Positions 1 to 11,020 of a DNA stretch of 64,000 bases are shown here, one piece after another. The DNA is from Lytechinus pictus (taxonomy: Eukaryota). Every line of letters starts with the position of its first letter. Position 1 is the first letter of the stretch. The DNA is taken from NCBI RefSeq assembly GCF_037042905.1, contig NC_087245.1, positions 5,954,001 to 6,018,000 on the forward strand. Reading direction: 5' to 3'. Both the position numbers and the translations under genes were made by a program. Under the pieces are notes generated by a model. The model was not told where the DNA came from and made no database searches. It saw only the letters and a program-made list of their open reading frames with translations.

Positions 1-166
1 AAAAGAAAAACCATCTGAAAAGTCAGCTGTGCAACAAAGATGTTGGATGGGATAAAATAATGAAAGACACTTATTGGAAAATTAAAGATTTATATAAAGA
101 GAGAGAGAGGAAAGAGTGAAGGAATTAAATAATCTCTCTCTCTCCCTCTCTCTAACCATGGACCTA

Positions 167-627
167 CTAGGTCCATGCTTTAACTGACAGATTTTCAGTA
201 AATAATGAAGTTTCTATACCGTCAAGAGTCTCAGCTGTAGTAGATTCTGAAGTTCTCTCTGTCACAACTTGGACATCCGGTTCAGTGGAACTTCTGACCG
301 TGGTCACCTCATCTCCCGTCATGGAAACAACAGTGACGACCTTATCAGACAATTCTGATGTTGTGGTACTTTCACTTTCCTGTCCTTTCCTTAATACTTT
401 TTGCGCATTGCGTACAGCATTGGGTGTTGTCTGAGGGTGATATGGCATAGCGCCAATGTTGTTAACAGAACTTGGACCGTCAGTGGCGGGAGCAGGCCGC
501 TGTAGAACATGGATGGCGTTGTCTTCACCCACATTCACAACATCAGCTTTATTTTCTTGATCATCATGTGCCGGGGCATCTCCGACGGGAAGAACTAAAT
601 CGACTCGAAATGGGGGATTTGTAGAGT
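167..627 (-). CDS. Probable terminal coding exon of an unknown Ser/Thr/Glu-rich mucin-like protein (DSTNPPFRVDLVLP...ENLSVKAWT*)
   Basis: Acceptor ttcctttcacag at 628-639, phase 1, in frame with the 167..538 ORF. Ends at TAG 167-169. Phase matches the donor of the 958-1677 exon. Confidence 0.75.
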
Positions 628-957
628 CTGTGAAAGGAACGATGCAGAATAAAAAGTATAAGAATTGAAGAGAGTAAGAAAGTAGATGAATGTCCTATTC
701 CAAATATTATCATAAACAGCTAGAAGTATTTAGTACATAATTTAAACCAAAAAATGGGTAGTTATTATTTGATTTGATCCATGAAATTGAAAAGCCATGC
801 AATGATAATGCCATAAGTCTGACAATGATATTGCTCAAGCCATGCATTTTATAAACAACTTCAAAGAGACATGTGAGCATGAGAGAAGGGGGAGCGAGAA
901 AGTGGCAAAGATGAGAGGGGAGTCAGAGCAAAAAAGGGGGTAGAGAGAATGTATTAC

Positions 958-1677
958 CTATTATGGCTTCATCACTGGTGGTGAATTCTTCATCATCTTC
1001 TTTCCTTCCTGATTCATCAGTTCTTGAAGAATGCTCTACACCAAAATCACTTTGCAATACGCTGTCAGTACTGTCTGCGATAGTAACATGATCTGAAATA
1101 GCTGACTTGGCTGTTGAGGATTCTGTTTTCTGTTCTCCTTCAGTGACCACCTCAGAGTAAAAAGAGGCTGTCGTTCTTGACTTCAAATTTGCTTCTGTCG
1201 CAAGATCTTCTACTTTTGGTTGTTGCGTCGCTGATGAAACTGTGAAAGTCTCTGCCTCTTCGGTTGTCAATCCCGATGTCGTAAATGAAGGATGTTCAGT
1301 GAGAATTTCAGCTTCAGATTTTTCTGTGGCCATTAAATATTTCTGATTGCCTTCCGTCAGCGTTTCGGAAGATGTCGTAGTTTGAATGTTTGAATTAACT
1401 TTCGTTAAACTTTCAACGCTCACCGTTGTCCCAAATTTGGCTCTCACGTCTGTTTCTGTTATATAGTCTTTAGAAGATGATGTTTCTGTCGTTGCATATT
1501 TTGGAACTTCAGTTAACAATTCTTTAGGTGTTGCAGCAGTTGAAACACGTGGTGATTTTTTAAAATAAATATCTGATATAACATCTTGTAATTGTTTTAA
1601 TCTGTTATTATCAACAGTTTGTAAGATTTCGTCATTCACTTGCCATTCATCATCTCTTCTTGGTAATGACTGAGTTC
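958..1677 (-). CDS. 720-bp internal coding exon of the same mucin-like gene (TQSLPRRDDEWQVNDEIL...TTSDEAII)
   Basis: Acceptor ctctttttaacag (AG at 1679-1678) and donor G|GTAAT at 957. Open for 240 codons in AT-rich DNA, phase 1-1, rich in Thr/Ser/Glu. Confidence 0.8.
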
Positions 1678-3942
1678 CTGTTAAAAAGAGAAATTAATCG
1701 TATTAATGCTTCCATATCTCTTTGTCTATAGTAGAAATTTAGAAAACAACCCATTCTCATTCTTTTATATTCCCCGTGAGATGATATGATTTCAGAGTGT
1801 TCCTCAGACTATCAATACATGGCAATAATACAGTATATACCATAAAGTACGTTCTACACTATAATACCAAGTACAACATTCAGTTGTAACATCCATAGTC
1901 ACGCATGATCGTCATCATCATCACCATTATCATCCTAACCCCATCCTTATCCCCATCATGTTTGAAGTAAAACAAAATAGGATGACGGCAGCTTGCAAAT
2001 GAAACTTTCAAGAGACGTCAGGCAGAAAAGTGAGCGATATGGGACATAATTTAGAAGAAAATCGATCGAGAAGAAACAAGCGCGGAAATAAAAAGGGGTT
2101 TGAAGGGATACTGCATTATCTAGATGAAAAAAACATAATGCTGTATTGTCATTATAAACCCACACAGGAGGGGTTCGAGCCGCAGAAGTTTCTCTTTTCT
2201 TTTAACTCCCTTTCTGGAATCTGTTGTCTCTCTTTTACAATTCAAGAAACAGTGCCAACAGCTAGCTTTTCTTGCAGGATGAAACCTGATAAATGAAGCG
2301 GAGGATTATTTTTTTTTTAGTTCATTTATTGGCCATCATTCAGGCATGGCCGCATGGAAGGTTAAGCTTGGGCGTAGACTCATCCTCGATTATTATTTTT
2401 TTCTAACTAAAACCAGCTTTAATAAATATGAAATTGATTGTGTAATACTGCGTAAGTTTTAAAAGAGTACTCTGGCATGAACATGAATTATATGTAAATA
2501 AAAAGTAAAATTCAATGAGCAAAATGCTGAAAAGAAAATACGGTTATTGAATTGTAAAATTTAGCAATATTTTGTGAACACCATAATAAATAATAATAAT
2601 AATACATTGCATTTATATAGTGCTTAATACACTGGTGTTTCTAAGCGCTTTACAAAACAATTAAATATATAGCATACATTAATATAATTAAATGTGCAAT
2701 AGATGGGCTGATGATGGCATGTCCCCGTTTCCCTTGTCTTATGTTATTAGATGAAACCATAATTATTTCACACTTTCATACATGTTTGTATGATATGTTT
2801 CCCTTGTATCGAAATAAGTTACAGGAATGATTATCTGACATATTAAATCAGTATAAAGTAAAATCAACTTTTTTTATTCATGAAGGACAAAATTTGAATA
2901 AACATTACATAGAATGATGACATTAGTTATATATTCGATATAATAAATGTGTGAATTTTATAGAATGCAAAACTTGACCATCCTTGACCATTATTTTATC
3001 ACGATAAAATCTACTGTAAAAGATTTCCCATACCCCTATACTTATTCTTTATGAAATATGTTTACGTTGTCTCTTTACTCGCTCACATATTATACTAAAT
3101 GGGAGCAGATCATACTCTATGAACTATCGCAAATGCTACCATGGACACTATGGTCAGAATTCAAGGAAAGTTCAAGGAAATTTTACAATACTTTTTTTTT
3201 CATTTATATCTCTTCCACTAACAACTTATAAAACAACCCTAGCAAAGTGAATTTACGTTTAGTCAGGTACATTTATGGGCGAAAGCAGAAATTAAAGGAG
3301 GATGAAATCCATGGAACAAGTTCGTTTGTATTGAAACAGAAAAATCAAAGAAAAAGACAACGTATAGTTTGAAAACAATTGGACAACAATCAGGAATTTC
3401 TGATCATTTCAATGTCGAAATCACTAATGCTATCTATGGGAGTTCTTCCCATTGGCATGCGACCAAGATTTGTGATGTAACACAAGTACAACTATCCTAT
3501 CCCAAAACGTATATTTTTACTTGTGAATTGAATATGGTATGCAAATTGTATCAGTTTCCTCATTGGAAGAGGTAAAATACCGAGCTCCTAGATAAAGTGA
3601 ATTATACAAAAAATAATGATGATAACGATGATGATGATGATGATAACAATTATGATAACAATAATGATAAATAAATGAATGAATAAATAAATAAATGAAA
3701 GTCCTAAAAGTGAAACCAGTTTCAGAAAGAGCATTGTCTGATGGAATTGCCAATAGACAGAATAGTTGCAAATGGATTAATCTGAGCAACTAGTTAAAAA
3801 GATTGACAATAACCCTTGGCACTTCTTTTTTGGAAAGAGGTAAGGATGTTTCTGCAACATACATGTATGCAAGCATGAATCTCTAGCCTGTCAAAAAGGA
3901 CAGATTAGTTCGAATCTAAATACAGGTTATTGGGTGTTTTAA

Positions 3943-4758
3943 CCCTAAAAGGACTGGGCTATTTGAGATGTATTGAGGACTGGGGGCATGATTCCCCCCC
4001 CCCCCCTTCTGATCTCGGCCGCCGTTCGCGCAATCGCGCCAAAATTTGGCACGCATATTCTTAATAAACTACAGAGTAAAAAAAATTATACAACGCTGTT
4101 TACTATATGAACCTTACAGTAATTGTTTAAACAGTTTAAACAAGTGTTTAAATCTTAAGCAACAAAGTTTAATTAATCTTCAATAAATTAAACATGATTG
4201 TTTAAACGGTTAAACAAATACTGTAAGGTTCTTATATAGTAAACAGCGTTGTATAAAATCTTAAACAGCGTTTTTACTGTGTACAGCTAGTATAAACAAA
4301 AAATCTGAAAATAACTATTTTTTATCCATTATGAATAAAATATGCAAATCTATTCCTAATAAAAAACATTATTTGCATATTTAACTTCTTCTTTTTGGCA
4401 GATGTTTTTTCACCTTTTGTTTTCAGTGGAAATTATTACAGACCATTTAACAACAAAATCAAACCCTAGATTGATTAAGAAGACCAATTAGAACTAAAAC
4501 TAATAACCTTTTTATGAATTTCATCTCCCATAGACTTTGTACAAAAAGTATCAAAATGAATCATTTGCGGCATGACATTGTCTCGTAAAGAGTCATGTGA
4601 CGTCGCGAGGCTTGCCTGTATGTCGCAAATTTGGGCTCAAAAGTTGCGCGAGACTTCAAAAAAAAGTCAAAAAAATTTGCGGCGCTAGCTTTTTTGCATT
4701 CCGGAAATATCGCGTGAAGCATCGAGGGGCCATCATGCCACCCCCGGTCCTTTTAGGG
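3943..4758. mobile_element. piggyBac-like MITE
   Basis: TTAA|CCCTAAAAGGACTGGG ... CCCGGTCCTTTTAGGG|TTAA: TTAA duplication and CCC/GGG termini. Confidence 0.8.
4072..4281. mobile_element. Foldback MITE with TA duplication, nested in the piggyBac-like MITE
   Basis: ta|cagagtaaaaa ... tttttactgtg|ta, with long internal inverted arms (tatacaacgctgtttactatat / atatagtaaacagcgttgtata). Confidence 0.75.
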
Positions 4759-4996
4759 TTAAAGTTTATCCTTAGCCTCACAGGTCGTGAAATATATCAT
4801 ATCTTCCCCTCTTCCCTCCTGCCCTCCCCACCCCCACTCTATATCTCGATCTCCTACACACACACTTCTCGACCATGCCGTACTATTTTTCTCTTTCAAT
4901 AATTTCTTTTCTAGAAAGCCTGTTCTGGTTGGCAACAATGAAAGGATCGTTTTTTTTTTCATTCAGAAGTGGTGGGGGGGGGGGGTTATTACTTAC

Positions 4997-5119
4997 TTTG
5001 ACTTGATAAATGAGTTGCTGTGTGTATTGCTGAAGCCCCCTGTAATGTTTCTTGTCGTAGGTTTGTCGTCGATGACCATGCTGAATCCGACGACTTTGAT
5101 GGCTTGTCAGTTGCTTCAA
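4997..5119 (-). CDS. 123-bp internal exon of the mucin-like gene (EATDKPSKSSDSAWSSTTNLRQETLQGASAIHTATHLSSQ)
   Basis: Acceptor tttctgtttcttgtccaaag and consensus donor A|GTAAGT. The phase 1-1 frame is open, Ser/Thr-rich, and compatible with the 1677 acceptor. Confidence 0.7.
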
Positions 5120-6613
5120 CTTTGGACAAGAAACAGAAAAATGTAAAATGGTTTTATTTCGTTCTTATAATAATGATGATGATGATGATGATGATGATAA
5201 TAATAATAATAACAATAATATGGAGCTTTTATAACGCTTGACACATTACAGTTTCTCAGCGCTTTACAACTTAAATTGGAGGTAAATAAAACAAGTAAAA
5301 TATAAGAAAAACTAGTAAGACCAGTATTTTTTTAAATAGTTTTCAGTATAATTTTACTGGTTTGCAGTATATATTTTACTGGTGTGCAGTATATTTTTAC
5401 TGGGCCAGTTGATTTTTAATTGGACCATATTACAGAGTTCATATTAATATGGCCCCCTAAGAGATAAACAACGGTATTACATGTACACGACATATTACTA
5501 GACTTTCGTATAATATTCACGGTTAGGCAAACAATTTGCAACTTTAAATACGTCACAGGTGAACGAAATCATTGTGAAATGTAGCCCAGTTTTCAACGGG
5601 TGGGAGCGTATGGCTGATGACAGTGCTCAATGATCAATTGCGCGAAACTTTCTGTGATTGCAAACTGTTTGGAAAATAGCAAAACAGATTATGAAAACCA
5701 AGGCGAACTAATAAATATTTTAAACCTATACATGCATATCAATTCAATGATTAGACAGTAAACATAAATCAAGGAAATTTTTTGAATTATTACTAGCTAC
5801 AGCGGATGGTGTGTGTATTTGTTTCATATTTAGACGTATCATTCACACTGGAGCATGTTTGTTATAATTTTGTATTCTCGAATGTAGCAGGAAGTAGTAT
5901 CAGAAATGTTCCATTGCATGTCCGGCAATGATTTTTACTTTAATCAATTTTTTTTTTTTGGGGGGGGGGGTGAAATTCATGCAGTCTATGAGAAAAGCAA
6001 AATCTGCCTAGATATGCTTCATGGTGACTCCATTGCACAAAACTAAAAAGTTTAATTTGATTGGTTATGGGGACATCTATGCCATTCTAGAGTTAGCATA
6101 GCAAGTTACGAAAAAAGACTATCAGTCTCATTCAACAGGCGTCAGAACATGAACTCACAACCGATGTTTCAACTCTAGCTGAAAATCACAAATGGAATCA
6201 TTGATCGGGTTTATACAATTTTTTTTTCAAAAATAAAAAAAAGTTTAGTTTTCTCTATATTTTTTAATGATATGTGATGCATCTAACATGTATGTGACTC
6301 TTGAAATGTTTCCGTGCTATAATTTATAGGAATAAATGATTACGGTTAACTTTCTACAATGTAACAATTTTATGTAACGAATATCTCGACGTCCAGTGTT
6401 TCAATTTTGTACAACCTGTCCACGCTCACCGATCATGTCATTCCTGCATCAATGAACACGCCGTTCCTGATCCCACATGCGAGCTTTAGTGAAAAGCTTT
6501 TTTGAATCTCATCAAATCAATGGATTTAAGGCGCGGTCACACTAAGTTTACAAAAGAAGCTTTGTTACATCGAATTCTTTTCTTTTTTTGTGCGTCTACA
6601 CCATACAACCCAC

Positions 6614-6718
6614 AGGTTCTCAGGCTGTGGATTGGGGGTTGTAGATAAAAGTGTCAAGGTAGAATCAAAATGCCTTTCAATCTTGTTCTTCTTAAATGGA
6701 TGTGTCATCAGCTTCCCT
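6614..6718 (-). CDS. Possible further upstream exon (GKLMTHPFKKNKIERHFDSTLTLLSTTPNPQPEN)
   Basis: Acceptor ttcccattgtttaag, donor CT|GTGGGT, one open frame, phase 2-2. It joins the 5119 exon only through a 14-bp micro-exon at 6430-6443. Speculative. Confidence 0.3.
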
Positions 6719-6748
6719 CTTAAACAATGGGAACGGGAAGTGTTTTAA

Positions 6749-7715
6749 CCCTAAAACCGCCGGGAGGGGGGGGGGGGGGTTTCGCTGCTCGAAATTTTTC
6801 GACCGCGCCACTCGCTGACTTTTTACTCTGAAGTCTTGCGCATCTTTCGAGACCAAATTCATGACGTCTGGGGAGCGTTTCTTTAAAGGATTTGATCCGA
6901 CAAGTCCTGTTATATCCGACAATTACCATAGTAACAGACTCTCAGCCAATCGGAATCAGGGAAAGTTGTCAGATCTGACAACTTGTCGGACACAGATGTT
7001 GATGAAACGCTCCCCAGGGGCCCATTGCAGAAAATTTACTATTATGGTAACTTTGCCATCCAATAGTAACTCCCATGGTTACAAGGCTCATCAGCCAATC
7101 AAAATTAAGGATTTCACTGAAGTTACCATCGGATGCCAAAGTTACCATAAAAGTAACATTTATGAAATTGGGCACAGGTATGCGGATGAAAAATTACGCA
7201 ACATTTTTTTTTAATGCATGTCATACCAAAAATTGCTCCAAAACGTGATTTTGTGTACAAAGTCAACGTAAGTTGAATTTTCTCACCTTACTCATAAAGA
7301 TATGGTTATTTTCACTTTCATCAGCTGAAATTAATTGATTTTAGCATAATTATGCTTCAAAAAAGGTTCTGCTATAAATTTGGCGAAAAAAAACAAGAGT
7401 AAAAAAACAAAGAAATACATAAAACACTAAAATACATAAAAAAAATAATTTTCAAAACAGAATATATTTTTTAGTGAATTAGAACAAAAAGTATGTGATT
7501 TACGCATAAATTAGCATAATCAATTCATATACAAAATCGAATTATTTCGGAAAAATTAAACATACAGCCTTGTATCACATCGCACACAATTATCATGTCA
7601 ATTTTCACGGTGTTCGCGCGATCGGCAGCCGAAATCTCAAGGGGAGGGGGTGATTCACCCACCGGTCATATAACACCACCCCCCCCCAAAAAAAAAAGCC
7701 CCGGTCTGGTTAGGG
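6749..7715. mobile_element. piggyBac-like MITE related to 3943-4758, in opposite orientation
   Basis: TTAA|CCCTAA ... TTAGGG|TTAA. Segment 6790-6865 is approximately the reverse complement of 4620-4700. Confidence 0.75.
6871..7174. mobile_element. Two adjacent CWG-target MITEs (PIF/Harbinger-like) nested in the piggyBac-like MITE
   Basis: ctg|gggagcgtttc...gaaacgctccc|cag|gggcccattgca...tgaaattgggca|cag. Confidence 0.7.
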
Positions 7716-9769
7716 TTAAGACTGATTGGGGTAAACAACGGGAGAATGAGGAGAGCTGTTTACTGAAGAAATCATATGTCAGAACATAAGCCTAATTATC
7801 CCAATCTTGTAATTTTGCAACTTCAACTGGAAATCAAGCATTATCACGTAGACAAAATAATGACATTTATCATGATTTTATCAAAGTTATATCAGTTCAG
7901 TTCACGTAGTTTACCTAACAAGCTTATGACAAGAGATATCAAGCTAATAAATCTAACTACATTTAGATCACGATTTGTTTTTTTAATTAAACAGGTTTTG
8001 TTGTTTAAAATCAATCGGGGTCACTACAGGGAATGTGCTTAATGGATACTCTAGTGACACTCAATGCAAGAAATTGTGATGATAAACTTATAAATACGAT
8101 ATTCATTTTAATAGGATGTGCATTTATTATGTAAGATAGAGATTGACTGGCTATCCCGTGAGGTCCCATGATTGATGATTTTATCATTAAATTTAATCAC
8201 TTCAAACTATCCCCACAGCCGATCATATGCATTTTCAAGAGCTTTTTGTCAGAAACAGAAATCAGACCATCTACCTCCCGACCTCCCCCCCCCCCCCCCC
8301 CACACCTCCAATTGCCCTTACCCTAACACACTGTTGACCCGTCTACCTGCATGGTGCATGCCCTTAATTCAGATTTCAATTCAGAAAGAAGACAAAATAT
8401 GTTGGCGAAAAATCTGAAATTATTCCCAAGTTCTAGGAGAAAGTTAAATTTACTTTCCTTCATTAATAGTCTTCAGAGTCAATTCGGTTCATTTACATCC
8501 AAAAATATCAGGTGTGATATAGGCTATAAGCATTATTTTAATAATTTCCCTGAATTTTTAAAGAGTAAAGTATTCATTTCAAAACACATGTATTGAGACA
8601 ATATGACATAATTTATGATGTACAAACAACATAATTGAAACAAACTTTTTTGTTTCATAATGTTTTTGATGACTTATAAGGGTTAAATCGGTGTTTTTAA
8701 GTAACCTGTATTCAATATTTTACTTGGTCATGCTACATATTCTACCCTCTTATTTATTGCTCTGTTAAATCATCTGTTAACTCATATGAGAAAGAAATTG
8801 TAGGCCTACAGGTCGTGCGATCTGGTTCACTCAAATGTGCAGGGAAGATTTGGCGCCTTGTTGGATGTAATCGGTGTGTTATTTGGTACATCCTTAAGCT
8901 CCTAGCAATGAATCGCCGCTATTGCTTTTTAACAACGGCCGACACGCTGGGTAAATATACACAATGGTTGAATTGAGCACCACACCCAACTTAAAATCCC
9001 AGTCAAAGAAACGTTTTATCTCCCACTCTCCTCCTTTGGCCTTGTAGTTTATCCTTGTTTCTTTAACAGATTTAGTGGGGCTTCTTCAATAATTTATCCT
9101 ATCCACTTGATAATTTCTTCTAATCTACTTTTTTCCATTTATTAGATAATTTCAAGTTATATCGGAATTCTTCACATTTTCATGATATATATTGATTCTC
9201 GTGTATTCCTGCCGGTAAGAATTCGCAAACAAATCACTTATAGTTATTTGAACAAGATAAACACCATCGCTTTAAGAGTCTTCAAGTAGTGATAACTTCT
9301 TGGAATATTTTGCGCTGTTATTTTCAGCAATTATTCTTCCAATGCATCAATGAAAGCTTAAAAACCTAAGCACGTCCCATAGCCTATGGGACGTATCTTT
9401 TATTTTGTACAACAAATCTGATATGATGGAAAAAAACCACAATAGAAACTGTGAAGCTAGTAGATTTATGATAAAATAGAGATGAAAGGGGGAGTGCATG
9501 TTTTGGCGTCACAACTAATTTAACAGCCATCAATGAATATACGAGTTGTCATATTAGTGGAAAAAAATATTGATGGAATCTTTATAATCTATCTATAATA
9601 ATGACATGAGTAATTAAAGAAATATTATGACTCCTTTATCATGTTGATATCACATAGTCTTGACCATCTCCCCTTTACAATGTTTAAAAATCACTATTTT
9701 TATGTATCTATGTTGTTGATGTTGTTATCTTGGGTTTTAAGGCGCATACCATTCTGAAGAATAGACTTC

Positions 9770-10140
9770 ATTTCAGCCATAGTATTATTTTCTTCAGCAA
9801 GGAATTTGTCCACATTGTGCTACACATGTACAACCCTGGGGCCCGTTGCATACAACTTTTGCCATAAAGAAAACTCTGGCAAATAAACAAAAACTCTGGC
9901 AAACAAAATTATACCATTGAAAATTACATATTTAAAAACTCTGGCAAAAAAATTGCCAGAGTTTTTTTTTATGGCAAAAGCTTCATGCAACGGATCCCAG
10001 GTGATGTATCTGACATGAATGACATTGTAGCCACACTGGTGAAGGCAGGAGAATATTTTAGTGCATTATTGTAAAGCAATTTAAAGACCTCTGACAAAGT
10101 GTTAAGAGCTTTATATACAAACAAGTATAAAGATGATTAT
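9770..10140 (+). mobile_element. Degenerate SINE body and tail, interrupted by a MITE
   Basis: ttcagcaaggaatttgtccacattgtgct...caacc[MITE]caggtga resembles the central domain of invertebrate CORE-like SINEs (recalled, not searched). Ends in an (att)n-like tail. Confidence 0.4.
9839..9997. mobile_element. CWG-target MITE
   Basis: ctg|gggcccgttgcat ... atgcaacggatcc|cag, with internal aaaactctggcaa repeats in both orientations. Confidence 0.75.
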
Positions 10141-10155
10141 TATCATTTCACCATT

Positions 10156-10370
10156 GATGGCCGTACGCAGCAGGGGGCCCCCAGAAATTTGAAAACTTAC
10201 ATTTTTTACTGAAAATTTTCACAAAACTATGCACAAATACTTCAATTTCACTTGACAAAATGCAAAAATGTCCCATGATAAGCTCGGTCGATTCTCTCTC
10301 TCACTTTCGAGATTTTTTTGAAAAAGTTTACGTGTGCTACCCCAGCGAAAATTTTCTGCGTACGGCCATG
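10156..10370. mobile_element. hAT-like MITE
   Basis: Exact 8-bp duplication tcaccatt (10148-10155 and 10371-10378). TIR atggccgtacgcag / ctgcgtacggccat. Confidence 0.85.
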
Positions 10371-10986
10371 TCACCATTTTGAACAAAGTTTTACACATTG
10401 CATAGCCTGATTGAATCGCACATGTTAGCAGGTTTATATCACTTACAAATTTTACAAGTAATCTTTGTGCATGATGATGAAAATGATTATGGTGAATTAA
10501 TATGATGACGGTGATGATCGTGATGATGATGATGGTGATGATGATGATGATGATGATGATGGTGGTGGTAGTAATGCTACAAGGGTGGAAGTTGGAGTTC
10601 TTTTTTTTTTACATTTAAAAATGCAATGCGGGTTATGGATATACCGTCTTGTAAGGAATAGTGTTTATGTTGCCATGGTACTATGTACTTTTCATAAACA
10701 CTGGTATTCATTTTGAGTTTGCACCGCCATCTTGTTGAATGTAAATATAATGTGTTCCAAGTGGTTAAGCGTTTAACCTATTCTTCCCACTGAAAAGTAT
10801 ATTTAAAGATGTCTGGAATGTCAATTCTCGAAAAATTTGTTTACAGAATGTGTTTATTGAATGATAGAAGAAGTGAAAGATGCGAAAATTCGTTATCCTA
10901 GTTATTTTAATTTATTATATAGTTTGTGTCACCAAAGGGGTATTCTATATCTCTTTCCCTCTCCATACCACCCGCCCCCCCTTCTT

Positions 10987-11020
<34 letters not shown>

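Noticed and set aside
2163..2285. Additional exon of the mucin-like gene
   Set aside because: The phase-1 frame stops after about 14 codons, and the open phase-2 frame creates TGA or a frameshift when joined to the 1677 acceptor.
3517..3789. Signal-peptide-like ORF MLRLIHLQLFCLLA
   Set aside because: It starts at TTG, has no good donor and runs into an (ATC)n microsatellite.
8811..8950. Open exon-like segment on the + strand
   Set aside because: It has a poor polypyrimidine tract, its 3' part looks repeat-derived and it has no compatible neighbours.
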